Positions 1 through 14,169 are shown, counted from the stretch's first letter. The stretch is 64,000 nucleotides of DNA from Glaucostegus cemiculus (GCA_976551045.1 CDPCPM010000120.1:3100001-3164000); one strand, 5' to 3'. Numbers and translations are program-made. Notes: generated by a model from the sequence alone, not told the origin.

Positions 1-138
1 GCAATCTGCCCCTGGCTGACAGCAGGGTGAGCATGGAGGACAATGCTCTGGGATAATTCCTTGGCGACGCATATGGAGGGGTTTTCTTATGTTCACGTGC
101 ACAAGGAATTGTGCAAGAAAGCGAGGCTTTCACTCAGA

Positions 139-182
139 GAAAGCCTCTGGGCCTTCTCAGTGCAGAAGGCCCAGAGGCTTTC
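139..182. repeat. Perfect 19 bp inverted repeat with 6 nt loop
   Basis: gaaagcctctgggccttct (139-157) / cagtgc / agaaggcccagaggctttc (164-182). Confidence 0.95.
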
Positions 183-349
183 CTTACCAATGAAGTACAT
201 TTCATTGTTGTGGCAGGGGTGTAAATGTGCAATGTAGTCACTGCTGCATACCCAACAGTGGGCACATCACTTGGTTGGGGAACTGTAACATACTTTCAGT
301 GTGAATGTAATTGATCCTTCAGTCTCAACTCGATCACATCATCCATAAC

Positions 350-794
350 AGTCATGCCTCCCCTCCACGGATTCTGCCTATAGCTCTCACAGGCACAGTA
401 AAGCAGCCAGCATAATCAGAGACCCCACTCCCCCCCCAGACATTCTCTCTTCTCCCCTCTCCCATCGAGCAGAAAATACAAAAGCCTGGAAGCACATACC
501 ACCAAGCTCAAGGACAGCTTCTATCCCACTGTTATAAGACTATTGAACACTTCCCAAGTACAGTAAGATGGACTCTTGACCTCACAATCTACTTTGTTAT
601 GACTTTGCACCTTGTTGTCTGCCTGCACTGCACTTTCTCTGTAGCTGTTACACTTTATTCTGCATTTTGTATTGTTTTACCTTGTACTACCTCAGTGCAC
701 TGTGTAATGAATTGATCTGTATGAACGGTATGCAAGGCAAGTTTTTCATTGTACTGAGGTACATGTGATAATAATAAACCGATTCCAATTCCAA
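350..794 (+). mobile_element. Rex1/Babar-type LINE, 5'-truncated 3' end
   Basis: Degenerate translation KAASIIRDP...HSLFSPLPSSRKYKSLEAHTTKLKDSFYPTVIRLLN, typical of the Rex1 C-terminus, then 3' UTR ending AATAATAAA and a short ccgattccaattccaat tail. Confidence 0.8.
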
Positions 795-3700
795 TGCATA
801 TGAATTTATATAGCCATTATTGCTGTTGGTAAGAGAGAGCAAGAGGTGTAGTAATAGAAATCATGGGAGATATACTGTATGGGAGGATGTGGGAATAATG
901 AAGATGATGTTCGGAAATCAAACAGTGAAAAACTAGTAGCACAACCAATGATCCAGTGCAGCTGAAGTTGGGAAAAGGCTGAGTACTGCCAGGAGTGCAG
1001 AATACCCAACCAGCCCATTGTTTCAACCTGAACTCCCTGTCACCAGCCACTTGAAATGCACACCCACGCCTGTTTTGAATGTGGCCTTCTGACCTGTTTC
1101 AAGATCACACCAATTCACTCATCTTTCTATTGACATTATTCAGTATGTTTAACAGTCAATACAATGTGATACATTTAGTATTTCAGATCTTGACTTAACC
1201 TTAATCAGTTTTAGTTTAATGCCAGCTACATCCTCTAGATGGTGTCAAAACACTGCGATGACATTTCCAGAATGCATCTGGGAATAATCCAGATTCTTGC
1301 AGTTTGATCAATCACTGGTCAATCCCACAATATTCTGCAGAAAAGGAACTGCTAATTAACCAACCCAATTGTCATGATAACACAAAATGCTGAAGGTACT
1401 CAGCAGGTCAGGCAGCATGCGTGGATTAAAGAAGCTTGTCAATTTTTGAAATTATTTTAGTTTAATAGCTTTGAAGTGATTTTGTGTTTATAATGAACTT
1501 TACTTAAATTGATTAATGATTTTTATTTTTTTAATCAGCTACAGAAATATTAATGGATTTTAAATGTCTCTAAAAGTCAGAGACTTTTAAAGAAACTTAA
1601 TTTCCTTGACAGCTTTGATACAAAACAAAGTTCCATCCCCAGCCCTTCAGCTTGGACCCTTTTAGAGAACCGTCAGGGTGTTCCAGGACAGAGCCTTGCC
1701 ACAATGCCTTGGACCTGTCACCACTAAGGGCTCACCATTTCCCAGCACACAGAGACCCAGTGTGATTCCATTGATTCCACCCACACATCTGTACCAGGTT
1801 AGTATGAAGAGAATATGGGGCAGGGGGGAGAGTGATGAGGTGCAGGGAAGAAGAGACGTGGGCAAGTCTGGGCACAGAGTCCAGACAGAAGACTGAATTC
1901 TGCACAACTTGGCCCATTCATTTGGGTCCTAACACCTGTTGAAGTAGAGCTGAGTCTTTCACCCAGTGCACTAAACCATGATTTCTGCTAATAGATCTCC
2001 CTTGCCCTAAAAGACCTAATTGTAAGTGCATGGTGTATAATTCTGTAAAATAATGATTCAAAATTAAGAAGGGTTTTGATATGTTGATGATATGGAAACT
2101 AAAATAAGGGTTTCTATCTACTCTTCCTCAGCAACCTTTGAAGGGTTGAGGATGTGTGAAGGTTGGTACTTAACACTGTGTATACGTAATTTAAACTGAG
2201 CCCTTTTAATTCACAAACTAGATTGCCAAAAGCAGACCAAGAGGGGAACTATGTTTGTAAGTAATGGGTAAAACAGGAGGGGAGATGGGATCCATACTTC
2301 CAAGTATAGCTCCAGAACAGAGGTTAATGAATGAATTAGTAACATACAGATTGTCTGTTACTACTCATGATTTTATTCCTCTAAATTGCAGCAAGCTTAA
2401 TAAACTGTGGCTGCATTAACATGGCTGGGATTTTATGATTTGTTTGAAGAACATAATGAAACACACTGCCAAAGACCTAGTGATCTATGTGGTGTGGATT
2501 GCCCCTTTTCTAATGTCAGTTCAAGGCGATGCCTGGTGTCCTTGTCTTCGAACAAGTCTGGCAGCCAATCAGATCAAAGAATTATCAAGGGCAGCAAATT
2601 AGGAAAGAGAATGCACAATTTGAATTAACTTTTTAAACACTTTGAGAAGCATTAATTACATGTTTAGACAAACATAAATAGTGCTAGAATAAGTTACAAA
2701 CAGCATGGTCTGTTGCTTAGGCTTGCATCACTGATGTCAGCTTTGGAATTTCCATATTAAATTTCAAAGTTGTTGTCAGTTTTATCGTATAATGATGGCA
2801 ATTGCTGAAATGTCTTATAATTTAAGAAGCATGATCACACTTGCCTTACGCACAATGGAGCTGAAATTTGGAGGCCATAAATAAAGTTTTAAAAAGAAGT
2901 TTAAAAAAAGATGTTGCTGCCTTCTCTTCCTCCAGTATGTTCAGTGCCACCAATTGGGGTGAATTTCTTGGCATATGAATAGTTCTGATGCTGAAAAAAT
3001 ACAAAACTATTCCAATACGATCAAAAAATAATCAACCTTTTAAAACATTGGAAAAACTACTAAAATGTAAAACCATTTAAATTCCAACAATTTTTAAAAA
3101 AACTTTAAACAAAAAAGAATACCTTAATCCCTTGCAGCTGTTCTTTTCTATAGAAATCAATGAAGAAGAACTTAGTGATCAACATTTGTTGAATGTATTC
3201 CCCAGCGCAGGCACCAGAGTATTGTTGCAACACCACGCTCTCCATGCGAAGTCTGATGTTTGAGTGCAGTTGGGAAACCATCAGTGAACAGCTGCCAGCA
3301 ACAACTGGACTTCCACAATGATACACGCACATGTGGAAATCCCAGAACCGCTGGCACTCATGTGGGGACTACTGGCAGTTCGAAGCAAAACTGATGGAAT
3401 TTCTCTGCAGATTCAGCAGAACGGTTTCACCATTATCACCATCATAAAATCTGAGGCCATCATCCTGGCCTTTTACCTTTGCCAATAGTTCAATGTGTAT
3501 TTGAAGCTTAACCTCCAACAAGTGGACTTGTGTAGCTAGCATCATACTGAGTGCTATCAGTTATTACAACTTGCAATGTGTTGGCACTTAAACCTGTTAA
3601 GCAGAAGCTATATATTTCTATCAGTGCACTATAGGTATTGGGAACTCTGGGCCAAGTATTTATGTCAGCTTCTTAAAAATTCACGCCATTTGCCCTTTCT

Positions 3701-4959
3701 GCCCGAGTCTAATTTTATTTCATCCTGCAACACTTACTATATGGCTTCCTCCTGAATCTCACTTTAAAACCCATTCCAAGGGACCTGGAATCTATTAAAG
3801 GTTAAAGCTGGCTGTAGAGTAGCAAAATTTGATGAAGTTTGCTGAATAATATTTTTAGAAGCTGAGAAAAAGTGCTGGTGATTCGGGAAGAGATTCTGTC
3901 TTTCAGTCAAGTTTTAAGGTACAAATCAGTTAAATGTTGCTTCTTTGTCCATGCAAGGCACTCTGGTTGATCTCAGTCCACTCTAACATGTCTTTGAATG
4001 TAAAAGAAAAACTTAAAGCACAAAATACATGGGAGAATGGCTCAAATTTTGTGACTATCCATGCTCATCAGTCAACAACGCACCAATCCTGAGTGCATCT
4101 ATTAGCAAGAACCATCTGAATGAAGCCTGCTGCAATGTCATTGAAGAGCATCAATGCATTGCAGAGCCTTCTGAACATAATTCCCATAGAAATGCTTAGT
4201 TAGCTTGTTAAATCACATCCATAGACTGATTGGGCTACCCAAGCTGTCAAATAGTATAAGAAGGTCCAAATTTCTTAAAACTATTAAAAATTAAATTTAC
4301 TCCTTAAATTATTTTAAATCTTTCAAAATGTTTTACATTTAATAGAATTGAAACATTAATACATTGGAAAACACAAAAGCAATTAAACAAATATAAATTA
4401 ATTCAATTAAATCAAATAATTGTAAATTACTCAAACCTAACTCTCTCCCTTGCAGCCATTCCTCTCGATTGAAATGAATAGGGTGGTCGACCCTGCGCCA
4501 GTTCGCAAATTTCCCAGTATACTTGCTAGAAACTGGGAAAAAAAAGTTGGAATATCATTCCCAGACTTTATTATGAGGACAACACCAGAGTGCAGTCAGA
4601 TCGGCATGGCAAGCATTGGCAAGAAAGTTCAGGATTTTCACATTCAAAAATACTTGGGAGTAATACCTTGCCATAGATTGTGTCAAAAAACATTACGTGC
4701 AGATATGTTGACATTTCTCAGTTAAGTACAGCCCATTAAATAAGGGGACCAAATTATTCAACTCTTCATAATCTTGTGTTATAAATATTATTGGTCTTTT
4801 AACATGCATATTTAGCTTACACATTGCTCACTACCTTGACAAAATATGAAGCAAAATACCTGCCTAATAGCCAGGTAATCTTTTTTTGTGACTGCTTATT
4901 CCAACATCTCCAATCTCCATCACAAACTCTATTTCTTAATAGTTAACTCTAATCCTCTT

Positions 4960-5670
4960 GTTTGCAATTGCCTGAAACTAAACCAGACAGTAAGCAACAT
5001 ATAACTTGCACTGTTGAGCTTTGGACTATGTTTCCATGACATCACTATGAATGCCTATTTTTACCCTGTTCCCGACTCTGCCAAGTTGCTGTTGCAACCT
5101 TTGTATGTGCCTTTGTTGGCTCCAGACTTTACCATTCCAAAGAACTTCGGGCCAGTTTCCTATGTACCATGAACTTGACATCATCTAAAACTGTTACTCA
5201 TGTGCAAATTCGCCCACTTGCCCATTTGTGACAAACAAGGTCTTCAGTGACTAAATCTTGCTCCCCACTAAGCAATGGCCTGATTTTGAAACATTCACTC
5301 TTGTTTTCAAATCCCAGTGTGGTCTTGCCCTCACTGAATCTGCAATCTCCTCCAGTTGTTTCACCTCTGAAATACTTGTTCTCCTCAAATTCTGGCTTCT
5401 GGATCAAACCAAAATTTAATCGCTCGACCATTGATAGCCATGTTATCAGCTGCCACGCCCTGAGCTCTATAACTCCCTTCCTAAAGCCCTCTGCCACTTC
5501 ATTTCTCTTTTCTCCTTTAATGCACCCACTAAAGCCTTCCACTTCCACGTTGGAATGTTTTGCTCATTTGACATCACACCCCCCATGTGTGACCCAACAA
5601 CAATCTTTGTTCGTTAACATTCCTGTGAAGTGCTGTGGGACAATTTGCTACAGCAGACTTTCCATATTAA
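4960..5670 (+). mobile_element. Degraded L2-like LINE 3' fragment
   Basis: tttgtatgtgcctttgttggctccagactttaccattcc resembles the L2 motif LVHAFVTSRLDYSN; downstream pyrimidine-rich segments and gaagtgctgtgggacaatttgctac resemble the L2 tail. Confidence 0.55.
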
Positions 5671-8600
5671 CATAAGTTATCATTGGAATTTATCAAGCTC
5701 AATAAAGAATGAAATCATAATGTATTTTTATCTGTTTATCTGATAGCAACAGTTAAAAAGTTATATTTTATGTAACACCTTGGTCTACCATACAACAATG
5801 CTTTAATAATTTGGTCACCCTTTAGTTTTCATAAGTAAACCAATAAGTCACATAAAACACATTGGAGCAGGGCTGTTTGTTTTGGTTTAACACTCAAAAC
5901 TGTCAAAAAACAATTATTTTGGTCAATTAAACATGCAAATGCTGCAGTACTCCCCGCACCATATATATCATGCTTTACAAAAGCAGAACTTGGTTCCACC
6001 CACGAACTTACAAATAGTTGGTTTGCTCATATTAATATTTTATTTTCCAATCATCCACACCAAGCAATAGGAGGCAGAGATTTTTCATTGGCCTAGAAGG
6101 TTTCCAGAAAACAGAAAGTTAATCAAAATTTGAAAAAATTATTCCTTATTCTTTGTCCTATAATAAAAATATATATTACCTCCAAAAACTATTTGGGTCC
6201 TGGATTTCTATCATGTTGCAGCCTGATGTTGAAAGAACTCATTTTGCTAGTCAACAAATTGCTGGTCAATTTCCACTAGTTTCCACCTCTCCTTATGGAG
6301 AACCATCCACTTAGCTCTATATTTGACAGATTATTTTATTTGCTGCATCTTTGTGCTTATGGATTTCTCCTGATTGCCAAGTTAGAGTAAGGTCCCTAGG
6401 ACAAGAGATGCCACAGGTCATGTTCCCCTCCCACAGCTGCAACATCACCATAATTACAGAGGTCACCCTGTTAAAAGGTGTATAGAGGGTTTTCACCAGG
6501 GTTCCAGAGAAGGAAAAATGATGCTGTGGGGCTGCCCGCATGGAATCTCCTTTTGCTGAGTCGGCTGAGGTTGGTGAAAATGAGGAATATTTAACATCAA
6601 AAGTGCTGCATTTAAGTAGCAATTATTTCATCTTAGAATGACTTTCTTCTGGCAATGTTTTGTTGGGCACTGAATTTAGACAGCTTAGATTTACTTCTAA
6701 TTATCTAATGGAATGTGAGACAACTGGAGATTTTGATCTCCCACCAACAAGCCAATTCAGTACTTCCTTATGCATTTAATACATTATGATAAAGGAGAAG
6801 AGAGGATGGAGAAAAGTGAGGCAACAGATAAGCAGAAAGCACTCCTCAGATTCAACCCTCTTCCTCACCCCATCTTGAATATACAGGGAATAAAGATCAG
6901 AAGACCCTAATGAGATCTGCATTTAGATAGAATGCACTTGGTTAATCTACGAGCTCCAGGAAACCAAAGACTGCATGTTGAGAAATGTTTGTCCTCTAAC
7001 CAGCGCTGCTGTTGGTCTTCCAAAAGAGAAGGGATCAGTACTAGTTCCCAGCCACTACCTAGGTGAGGCAGAAAGCTTCAGATTCCAACGAGGCTAATGC
7101 ACATTTCATTAAGGCAGTTTCCCGATGTTGCAAGAAGCCAGAGGTACAGACTCACGAGCCTGCTGACTTGTATCCCCTGATATCTTGTTGAACAAACCAA
7201 GCTACTCAAATGCTTTTGATAAAAGCATTCCTTTGCTGAAATCCTATTCCCAGATTTTTGCCTTTGAAGTTGGAAAAGAAGCAGGGAATCTGCCAGCTGC
7301 AATACAGATCACTCCTAACTCTTACCTATTTTCTGGAGAGAGGTCAGAATCCGCCCCCCTCCCCCTTTGTGTTAACAGGGGGATACAGAAGTTTATCAAT
7401 CAATGTGCACCCAGTTTTATTACTTAACGTTTGTGTTCTTTTCAACCTCTGATGCACTGTGAACAAATTCAATAGAGATCTGCTAATGTACTGAAAATCT
7501 GTGCATAATTCACACTATCTGAAACATTTTTCATGCCATTTTTTCCATCATGAATTTCTATTGCACTTTAGCGTTCTTGAGTATTGTACTAGCCTCTGAT
7601 TTTTTTCCCTCCCCCAGATGAATCCATAAACTAAATGGCATAATGGCTCTAAGAATTTTATCATTGCTTATTCCTGATTTTCTGAGTGCATCATGCAATC
7701 AGCTCCATCTTGGCCCTCCTGATTCTTTCAGAAGTCAATTGCTAAATATTCTGTTCAGATATGTATTGCATCTCTGTCAGTGTCTGCAAACATCTTTGTT
7801 CTTTGAATGGTGTTGGCTGTACCCTATCCAGCAGTATTCGATTGGGCAATATGTACTTCCTAGCTCTCTATCCAGGTACACTGTTCAGCTGTCCCATTTG
7901 GTTTGTTATTAGAAATGCCCTATTGAGGTTCATTTTCCCTTCCCTCAGCTGTTTCCAAATAGCACCATTGCTTGCTTAATAGAATCAATGTGTGTTATAT
8001 TCTTTTTGTCTCCTCCCTTGTCGGGTCATGTGCTTTAATAACCATTTCTATGATGGGACTTCTGTTTCCTCCTTAAAGGTTCTATTCTTGAGAACCTCAA
8101 ATCCCTGCCACAAGGGTGCAGAGAAGCCTTGTATGATCAGTGGTAGGAGCGCAACACTTTGTCAACTGCCTGCCCACTCACCTACCCCGTAAGTCACCTC
8201 CTGCCCCATCCGTTGGAAAGTCTGTAGTTCCTGCATTGGCTTCAATAGCCGCTCCAAAACTGGAGAGCAAGCAAGCCACCATCATTGCTGAGGGGCTACT
8301 TAAGAAAAAGAAGAAAGTTCTATTACAGTGTATGTTTGTAAGATCCAGTTCTTTGGGTGCATAATCTCTCTTTTAAAATGGTTGTTCTCTCTTTATATTT
8401 TGAATACCTGGTTTATTTTCTTGTGAATTACCTTGCCTTTTGTTTTACTAGCTTCCTATTATGCAGTGTTCCTTTATTTTTCTCTGTCTATTCTGTTTCT
8501 TCTCTCTATTCACCAACACAAACTCGAGGAATCCCATTGCACTCCAACTCCACACGTCCAACTTATCCAACACCCTCTTACATATTTCACACCTTCACCT

Positions 8601-9766
8601 GCTCAGTGGTCCTCCCTTCCTCTTCACTACTCAATCCCGACTCCTAGCTTTCTGCCTCACCCATTATAAGCACTACAACAATACTGCACTTCCTTATCAA
8701 ATAGTGTAGGGAACACTTCCACCTTCAGTGTTTGGCTGGAGAACAGTTCTATGTTTCCATAGACATGAAAAAATACTTGAGTTCTGAATGAACAAAGAGT
8801 CTACCAATTTTCCATCTCAGAAATGAAGATGAAAACTATTCTTCCACCATGAACCACTCACCCACTTCCTTGAACTGTCATAACCAATGCCACTGGCACT
8901 CATCTTGTAATAATGAAGAATGAGAAACATTTGTCCATATAGATGTATTTCCATTATAATTGTTTACATATACATTTTCCAATGTGACACAGTGACATCT
9001 AGAGATGGCCATTCAACATACATTTTGTCATCAGCATCCAAAAGGTTAAATAAGTTCTCCAAAGCTACTTGCATATATTTGTGTAAAACTACACTTACCA
9101 TCATTGTGCAATGATAAATTTCTGCTTGTTGAAGGCAATGAAAGGTTTAAAAATATCCTGCAATGCAAGATATGAAATAACAACCTGCCATCTGCTATTG
9201 GCAGACTAATCTCTGCCAGTCACAGGTAGAATTTAAAAGCTGGCCAAATTTTTTTTAAATGTCCAAACAGTCAGATGTATCACAGTCCCAGAAATAAACC
9301 AGCAATTTAAATAATGTTTTAAAAATCATTTTGGCATCTCTAGCTGGAATTTTAGTTAGCATAGATAGCAGGACCATTAGAATTTCACAGTGTAAGTGCT
9401 GAATGCAAATATGAGTTGCAATCATCACAGAGGTCAATTTGATTATGCAGATTTAACATTCAAAAGGAATTGATAAATTTACAGTTTAAAGGAATGCTAA
9501 ATGTATATTACAAAATGTATGAGTTTATGTCCTACTAAACAAATTTCATTTAATATCCTTAATAAAAAAATGAAATTAAACAGTTCTATGTAAGGTGCTA
9601 ATTGTGAAGATCAATTCTCACAATGTGTTGGTATATATAGATTCATGATTCTGTGAGCAAGGAAAAATGAAAATAAGTACCATCGTGGTCTGTGGCACAG
9701 AAAGATGCACACTGTGCATGTTTGCACTAGGTTATAGAAGAAGATTCTAATGGCCCCTCTAAATGC

Positions 9767-10008
9767 AATCTTCAGTTATATGAGGTAGTGCAGGCAGTGG
9801 ACCAGTCCTAGATTAAGAAAACTTCAACCAGAACTGGCAGGTCAAAGTATCGGATAGCCTGGAGTTGAAGAATCATCAGTGTGGTGAAATGAACATACCT
9901 ATCAACCACCACCTATATGTCAGGAGAGTTTTAATGGCCAGATTCAAATTGAGGTGATAATACATTGTAACCACCTTTACTCTTAATAGGTTTGTATAAT
10001 GGCACCCA
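9767..10008. repeat. Left arm of 242 bp inverted repeat (partner 11553-11794)
   Basis: Manual alignment to the reverse complement of 11553-11794 gives ~20 substitutions and no indels. Confidence 0.95.
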
Positions 10009-11552
10009 CTTACACATTTGAAATCTCAATGTTCTGCTTGGAGTTACAGGGAGAAATCGAAGTGCACACAATACAAGCTACTTTGAAAATTATGCTATTG
10101 TTTGTTATCGTTAACTTGTTGATTTGCTTTTTATCCTCCCGATTTTTTAAAATTAGCTAAACATGGGTTCATTGTTGAACCTCCTCTTATAAGCTAAATC
10201 TATAGTGAGGGGCTAAGACTAATTCATTTGTAAGTACATATTTTAAGTTATTTACAAAGAGTATGCACAGGACAAAAATGACCATAGCTTGAAGCCTAAA
10301 CATGTATTACTGCAAATTATTTGCAACTTTCCAGATTTGTGGAAATGGTAATATTCACTCAAAATCTCCTTTATCATATATTTGAGCCATGTGTAATGCA
10401 AAACTTTCTTTCCACCTAGTCCTTGTTTTCATCAGTTTATTGAGGAGATTAATAGCCCCAAAAACTTCACTAACTTAACAAAAAGTTCATTAATTCTCTT
10501 CAATCTGTGATATTCCCATCAGTATGTTTTAGGAATAAAAGAACATCTTTTCACTTGTGGTCATTCCACTGAAGTGCTGACATCCATGGTGCTGTGACAG
10601 ATGTAGAAATTGGACAATTGTGCAGAGGACAATATAACAAGGAATCAAACTGTGTTGTTTGCTTGTTTCTTTCTCTCTGCTTGACTAACTAGGTTTCACA
10701 ATTGCTGCAAAGGTCAAAGCCACAGCATGACAGGTTGCAATAGATGGGCCATAAAATATGTCCCTGGCTTAAGATGGTCTTTAAATTGTTGGTAGTTATT
10801 AAAACTGTATTATAATGGCATTGCTGATGATTTGTACTATACCAGTGGATGCAGGGTAGTTTGCTCAGGTAGGAGTCAACATATAAGCAGGCATTGAGAG
10901 CACAAAGTACAACTTGTTACATCAGCTGCTGCTTAAATCATGAAGCACAACATCTGTTAAGGGATCCAGTATAACATGAGGTGCCAGATAAAAAGCACAG
11001 TGTGATAGAGGATGTGAGTAAGAGGACAGTAGGAAAAGGGCATGAATGAAAATGCTGCAGTTTCATCTGAAAGAGCCGTCAATCTGTTAGTCATATTCAA
11101 CGATAATTAACTGTCCTTTCATTTGATTGAAAGACTGAATGGCAAACAGGATTTTTCAAAACACAAATCATGAGTGAAATAAACAACAAAAGTGTATGAA
11201 TGGAGGAAAGGGATTGAACACCAGAGACATTACATGGGAGCATATTTAGTGGTAGTTTCAAGTGTTTATAACTAAAAGATCTAAAACATAATTTTGAACT
11301 TTCAAAGTAGAATGACGATGGTGACTTCATCCATTTTCTGATTCTATGATTTTCCAACAGTCTTTCTAATTGGAGTTACAGATGGGGCCCTACCTAATCT
11401 GTGAGATGAACCTTAAAAATTGCAGTTCAGTTGTGTACAAATTTATAAAAAGTAATTGATTTTATTGAGTTAATTTCAGTGGCACATCAGTATTATATTC
11501 TCTTCTGAGGCTAACAGCTTCAGCTATATTTCTAAAGAGTTATAATGGTACA

Positions 11553-11794
11553 TGGGTGCCATTACACAAACCTATTAGGAGAAAAGGTGATTACAATGTA
11601 TTATCACCTCAGTTTGAATCTGGCCATTAAAACTCTCCTGACATTTAGGTGGTGGTTGATGGGTATGTTCATTTCACCACACAGCTGGTACTTCAACTCC
11701 AGCCTATGCGACACTTTGACCTGCCAGTTCTGGTTGAAGTCTTCTCAATCTATAACTGGTTCACTGCCTGCACTACCTCATACAACTGAAGATT
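11553..11794. repeat. Right arm of 242 bp inverted repeat (partner 9767-10008)
   Basis: Same manual alignment, ~92% identity. Confidence 0.95.
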
Positions 11795-12049
11795 TTGAAA
11801 GTTTGCCTTCAAATTACATCTGCATCATGTTTTACCTTCATGACAATTGTATTTTACTCCTGCTCTCAGGGTGGAGGATGAGTTGTTCTGTGGGTTTTGA
11901 GGTGCCTGATGAGGCCAGTATGGGAATTACGGACTCACCCACAGGTGAAGCAGCTGTCTGATGGGTGGTCGGGGGCCAGGTTGGAAGGCAGTCCACTCTT
12001 TGTTGATGCATATTATAGAATATAATATAGAGTTAATCCTGCAATAATG

Positions 12050-12272
12050 TTGCATTCTCATCAACTCCCCCTAGATTCTACCACTCACCTATATTAGAGA
12101 CAATTTACAGTGGACAATTAACCCTTTGATATGGAAGGAAACTGATGTACCAGGAGGAAACCCGTACCATCAAAGGGACAATGTGCAAACAGACAGACCC
12201 AAGTTCAGGATTGAACCCAGGTCTCTGGTGCTGTGTGGCTGCAGCTCTACCAGCTGTGCCACTGTGCTACCC
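12050..12272 (-). mobile_element. tRNA-derived V-SINE (HE1-like), degraded
   Basis: ggaaactgatgtaccaggaggaaaccc and aggattgaacccaggtctctggtgctgtg...ccactgtgctaccc are the reverse complement of the V-domain and tRNA-like head; homologous to the + strand copy near 50465. Confidence 0.7.
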
Positions 12273-12282
12273 CTTGCATGCT

Positions 12283-12990
12283 TCTGACGCATGTCTTCTT
12301 TGTGCAACTGATGCACAAACTCAAGGTTCTCAACGCCTTGCCATGTCCTTCTCTTCTACTTTGAGCAGCCCTGCTCCATGATTCCCAAATGTTCTCGGGG
12401 ATGTTTCATTTTTTTTCAAGGAGGCTGGTGCCTTCTGTCGAGCTGGTAATCTTTTCCCATGAAAGGAAGAAAGGGAACAGTTTTTGGAATCTGGTGTCAG
12501 GCATGCGAATGATGTGGCCTGCCCTAAGGAGCCAAGCAAATAGAATTAGGGCTGGGGGTGTTGGCCTGAGAGAGGACACTGACGTTGCTTCACTTACCCT
12601 TCCGGTGAACCAGAAGGATTTTGAGGAGGAAGCATTGCTTGTACCTTTCCAGCGTCTGAGGTCCCTGCTGTCTGTAATCTAAGTCTCAAAAGCATTTAGG
12701 AGGGCAGGGATCATTGATGCCTGATAGTCCATGAGTTTTGTGCCAAGTTTGAGATTTTATTCTTCTAACACCTTTTTAGTTCAATCAACCAAAGGCTGCA
12801 CTGGCATTTTGAAAGCAGTGGTAAATTTCATCATTGATGTCTGCATGCATGGAGAGCTGGCTCTTGAGAAAAGGGAAGTGGTCTTCATTTTCCAGCATTT
12901 CACAGTGAACCTTTATTGTCATTGGACAGTGGTTGGCAAGGGACATTTATCTTGCGAGTGATCAATGTAGGCTTATTTTGTCATGCCCTT
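12283..12990 (-). mobile_element. RTE-clade LINE reverse transcriptase C-terminal relic with stops and frameshifts
   Basis: Minus-strand peptides LENEDHFPFLKSQLSMHADINDEIYHCFQNASAAFG, NVSVLSQANTPS, GHIIRMPDTRF and HGKRLPARQK..ASLKK match RTE/BovB-like motifs. Confidence 0.85.
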
Positions 12991-13429
12991 CAGTGAACAA
13001 GACAGTAATGGTTTAGAGCTTGCCCTCCAAGCACCTGCAAATGCAAATATCACCCGTATACTTCACCTCAATTACTGAAGTTCAGGTGACCTTGGTTCTG
13101 GCCGTGGGTTGAACAATTTCCTGATGCTTCCACTTCTATTGAAGGTTTGTTGGAGATGAGGTGCAGAATGTGGTGGAAAAAACTATAGTAAGTGTCAATG
13201 CCCCAACACTTCTATTCAACACACTTCCTTTAGTGCAATGTTATATATTATGTTGAGGCATGGCTCTGTTCAAATCAGCAATATAACAATTTAGACACAG
13301 TCTTTTGGAACTTTGGTGAGACTACCTTAAAGAACTAGGTGATTTTTCTTTGTCTTCTTACATAAGGAAGGACTTATCCTTAAAGGAGGTTCATGATTGA
13401 TTCCTGGCATTTTTTTTTAATGGGGAGAT

Positions 13430-14135
13430 TTTCTGGCACCAAAAGCCTCATCCAAGCCTGATGGTCACAAAGAACTCCTGGCCAATACCCTACATTTTAC
13501 TCTCCAGAAACCAGACCAGCCAACACAACAAAAAGGGCAGGAAGCACTGAGCAAGTCAGGCAGCATGTGTGGAGAGAGGAACAAAGTTAACATTTCAGAT
13601 CGATGATCTTTGATCAGAATCTCCAGCAGTTTCAATTTTGATTTCAAATTTACAGCATCTACACTACTTTATTCTTGGATCATCTAAAGCTCTGGTGCCA
13701 TGTCCTAATGCCATGCCGTGCCAGGTCCCACAGCAGCTTCCAGCTACCCCTCAAGCCCTCTGGTTAATGAAAGGCAATGCAGGTCACCAATCAATGTCTC
13801 AGTTTTAAAAGTCCTATCGTTTTTTGTTTCCAAACCTCTCCATGGTCTCGGCCCTCCCTGCCTACATAATCCAGCCCCTTAGACTTCAGGAATATCAGCA
13901 GTCAAATTCTGCCCTTCTGAACAGCAAATGCTACAGCTGCCAAAGACCCTAAGATCTGGAATTCCCTCTCTCTCCTCTCCGCCTCTTTACTTAGTTTTCC
14001 TCCTTTGAGACTCTCTATAAATCCTTCTTCTTTGACGTGTGCTGTAATATCTCCATATAAAGCTTGGCATAAATTTCAATTTGATAATGGTCCACTGACA
14101 AACCATAAGACAGCAAGATACTAAGTAGGTGTATG
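13430..14135 (+). mobile_element. L2-like LINE fragment interrupted by a Penelope-type fold-back (13525-13670)
   Basis: L2-like segments (agcctcatccaagcc, gaactcctggcc, ccaaacctctccatggtctcggccctccctgcc, aagatctggaattccctc). Confidence 0.55.
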
Positions 14136-14169
14136 TTGCTGTTGAGAGTTTTACATTACTTGTATCCGT

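Noticed and set aside
1200-4600. AT-rich, partly self-similar patches that may be ancient DNA-transposon debris
   Set aside because: Too degraded to delimit or classify by eye.
9781-9800. let-7-like TGAGGTAGT in the inverted repeat arm
   Set aside because: Only 9 nt match and no local let-7-type hairpin.
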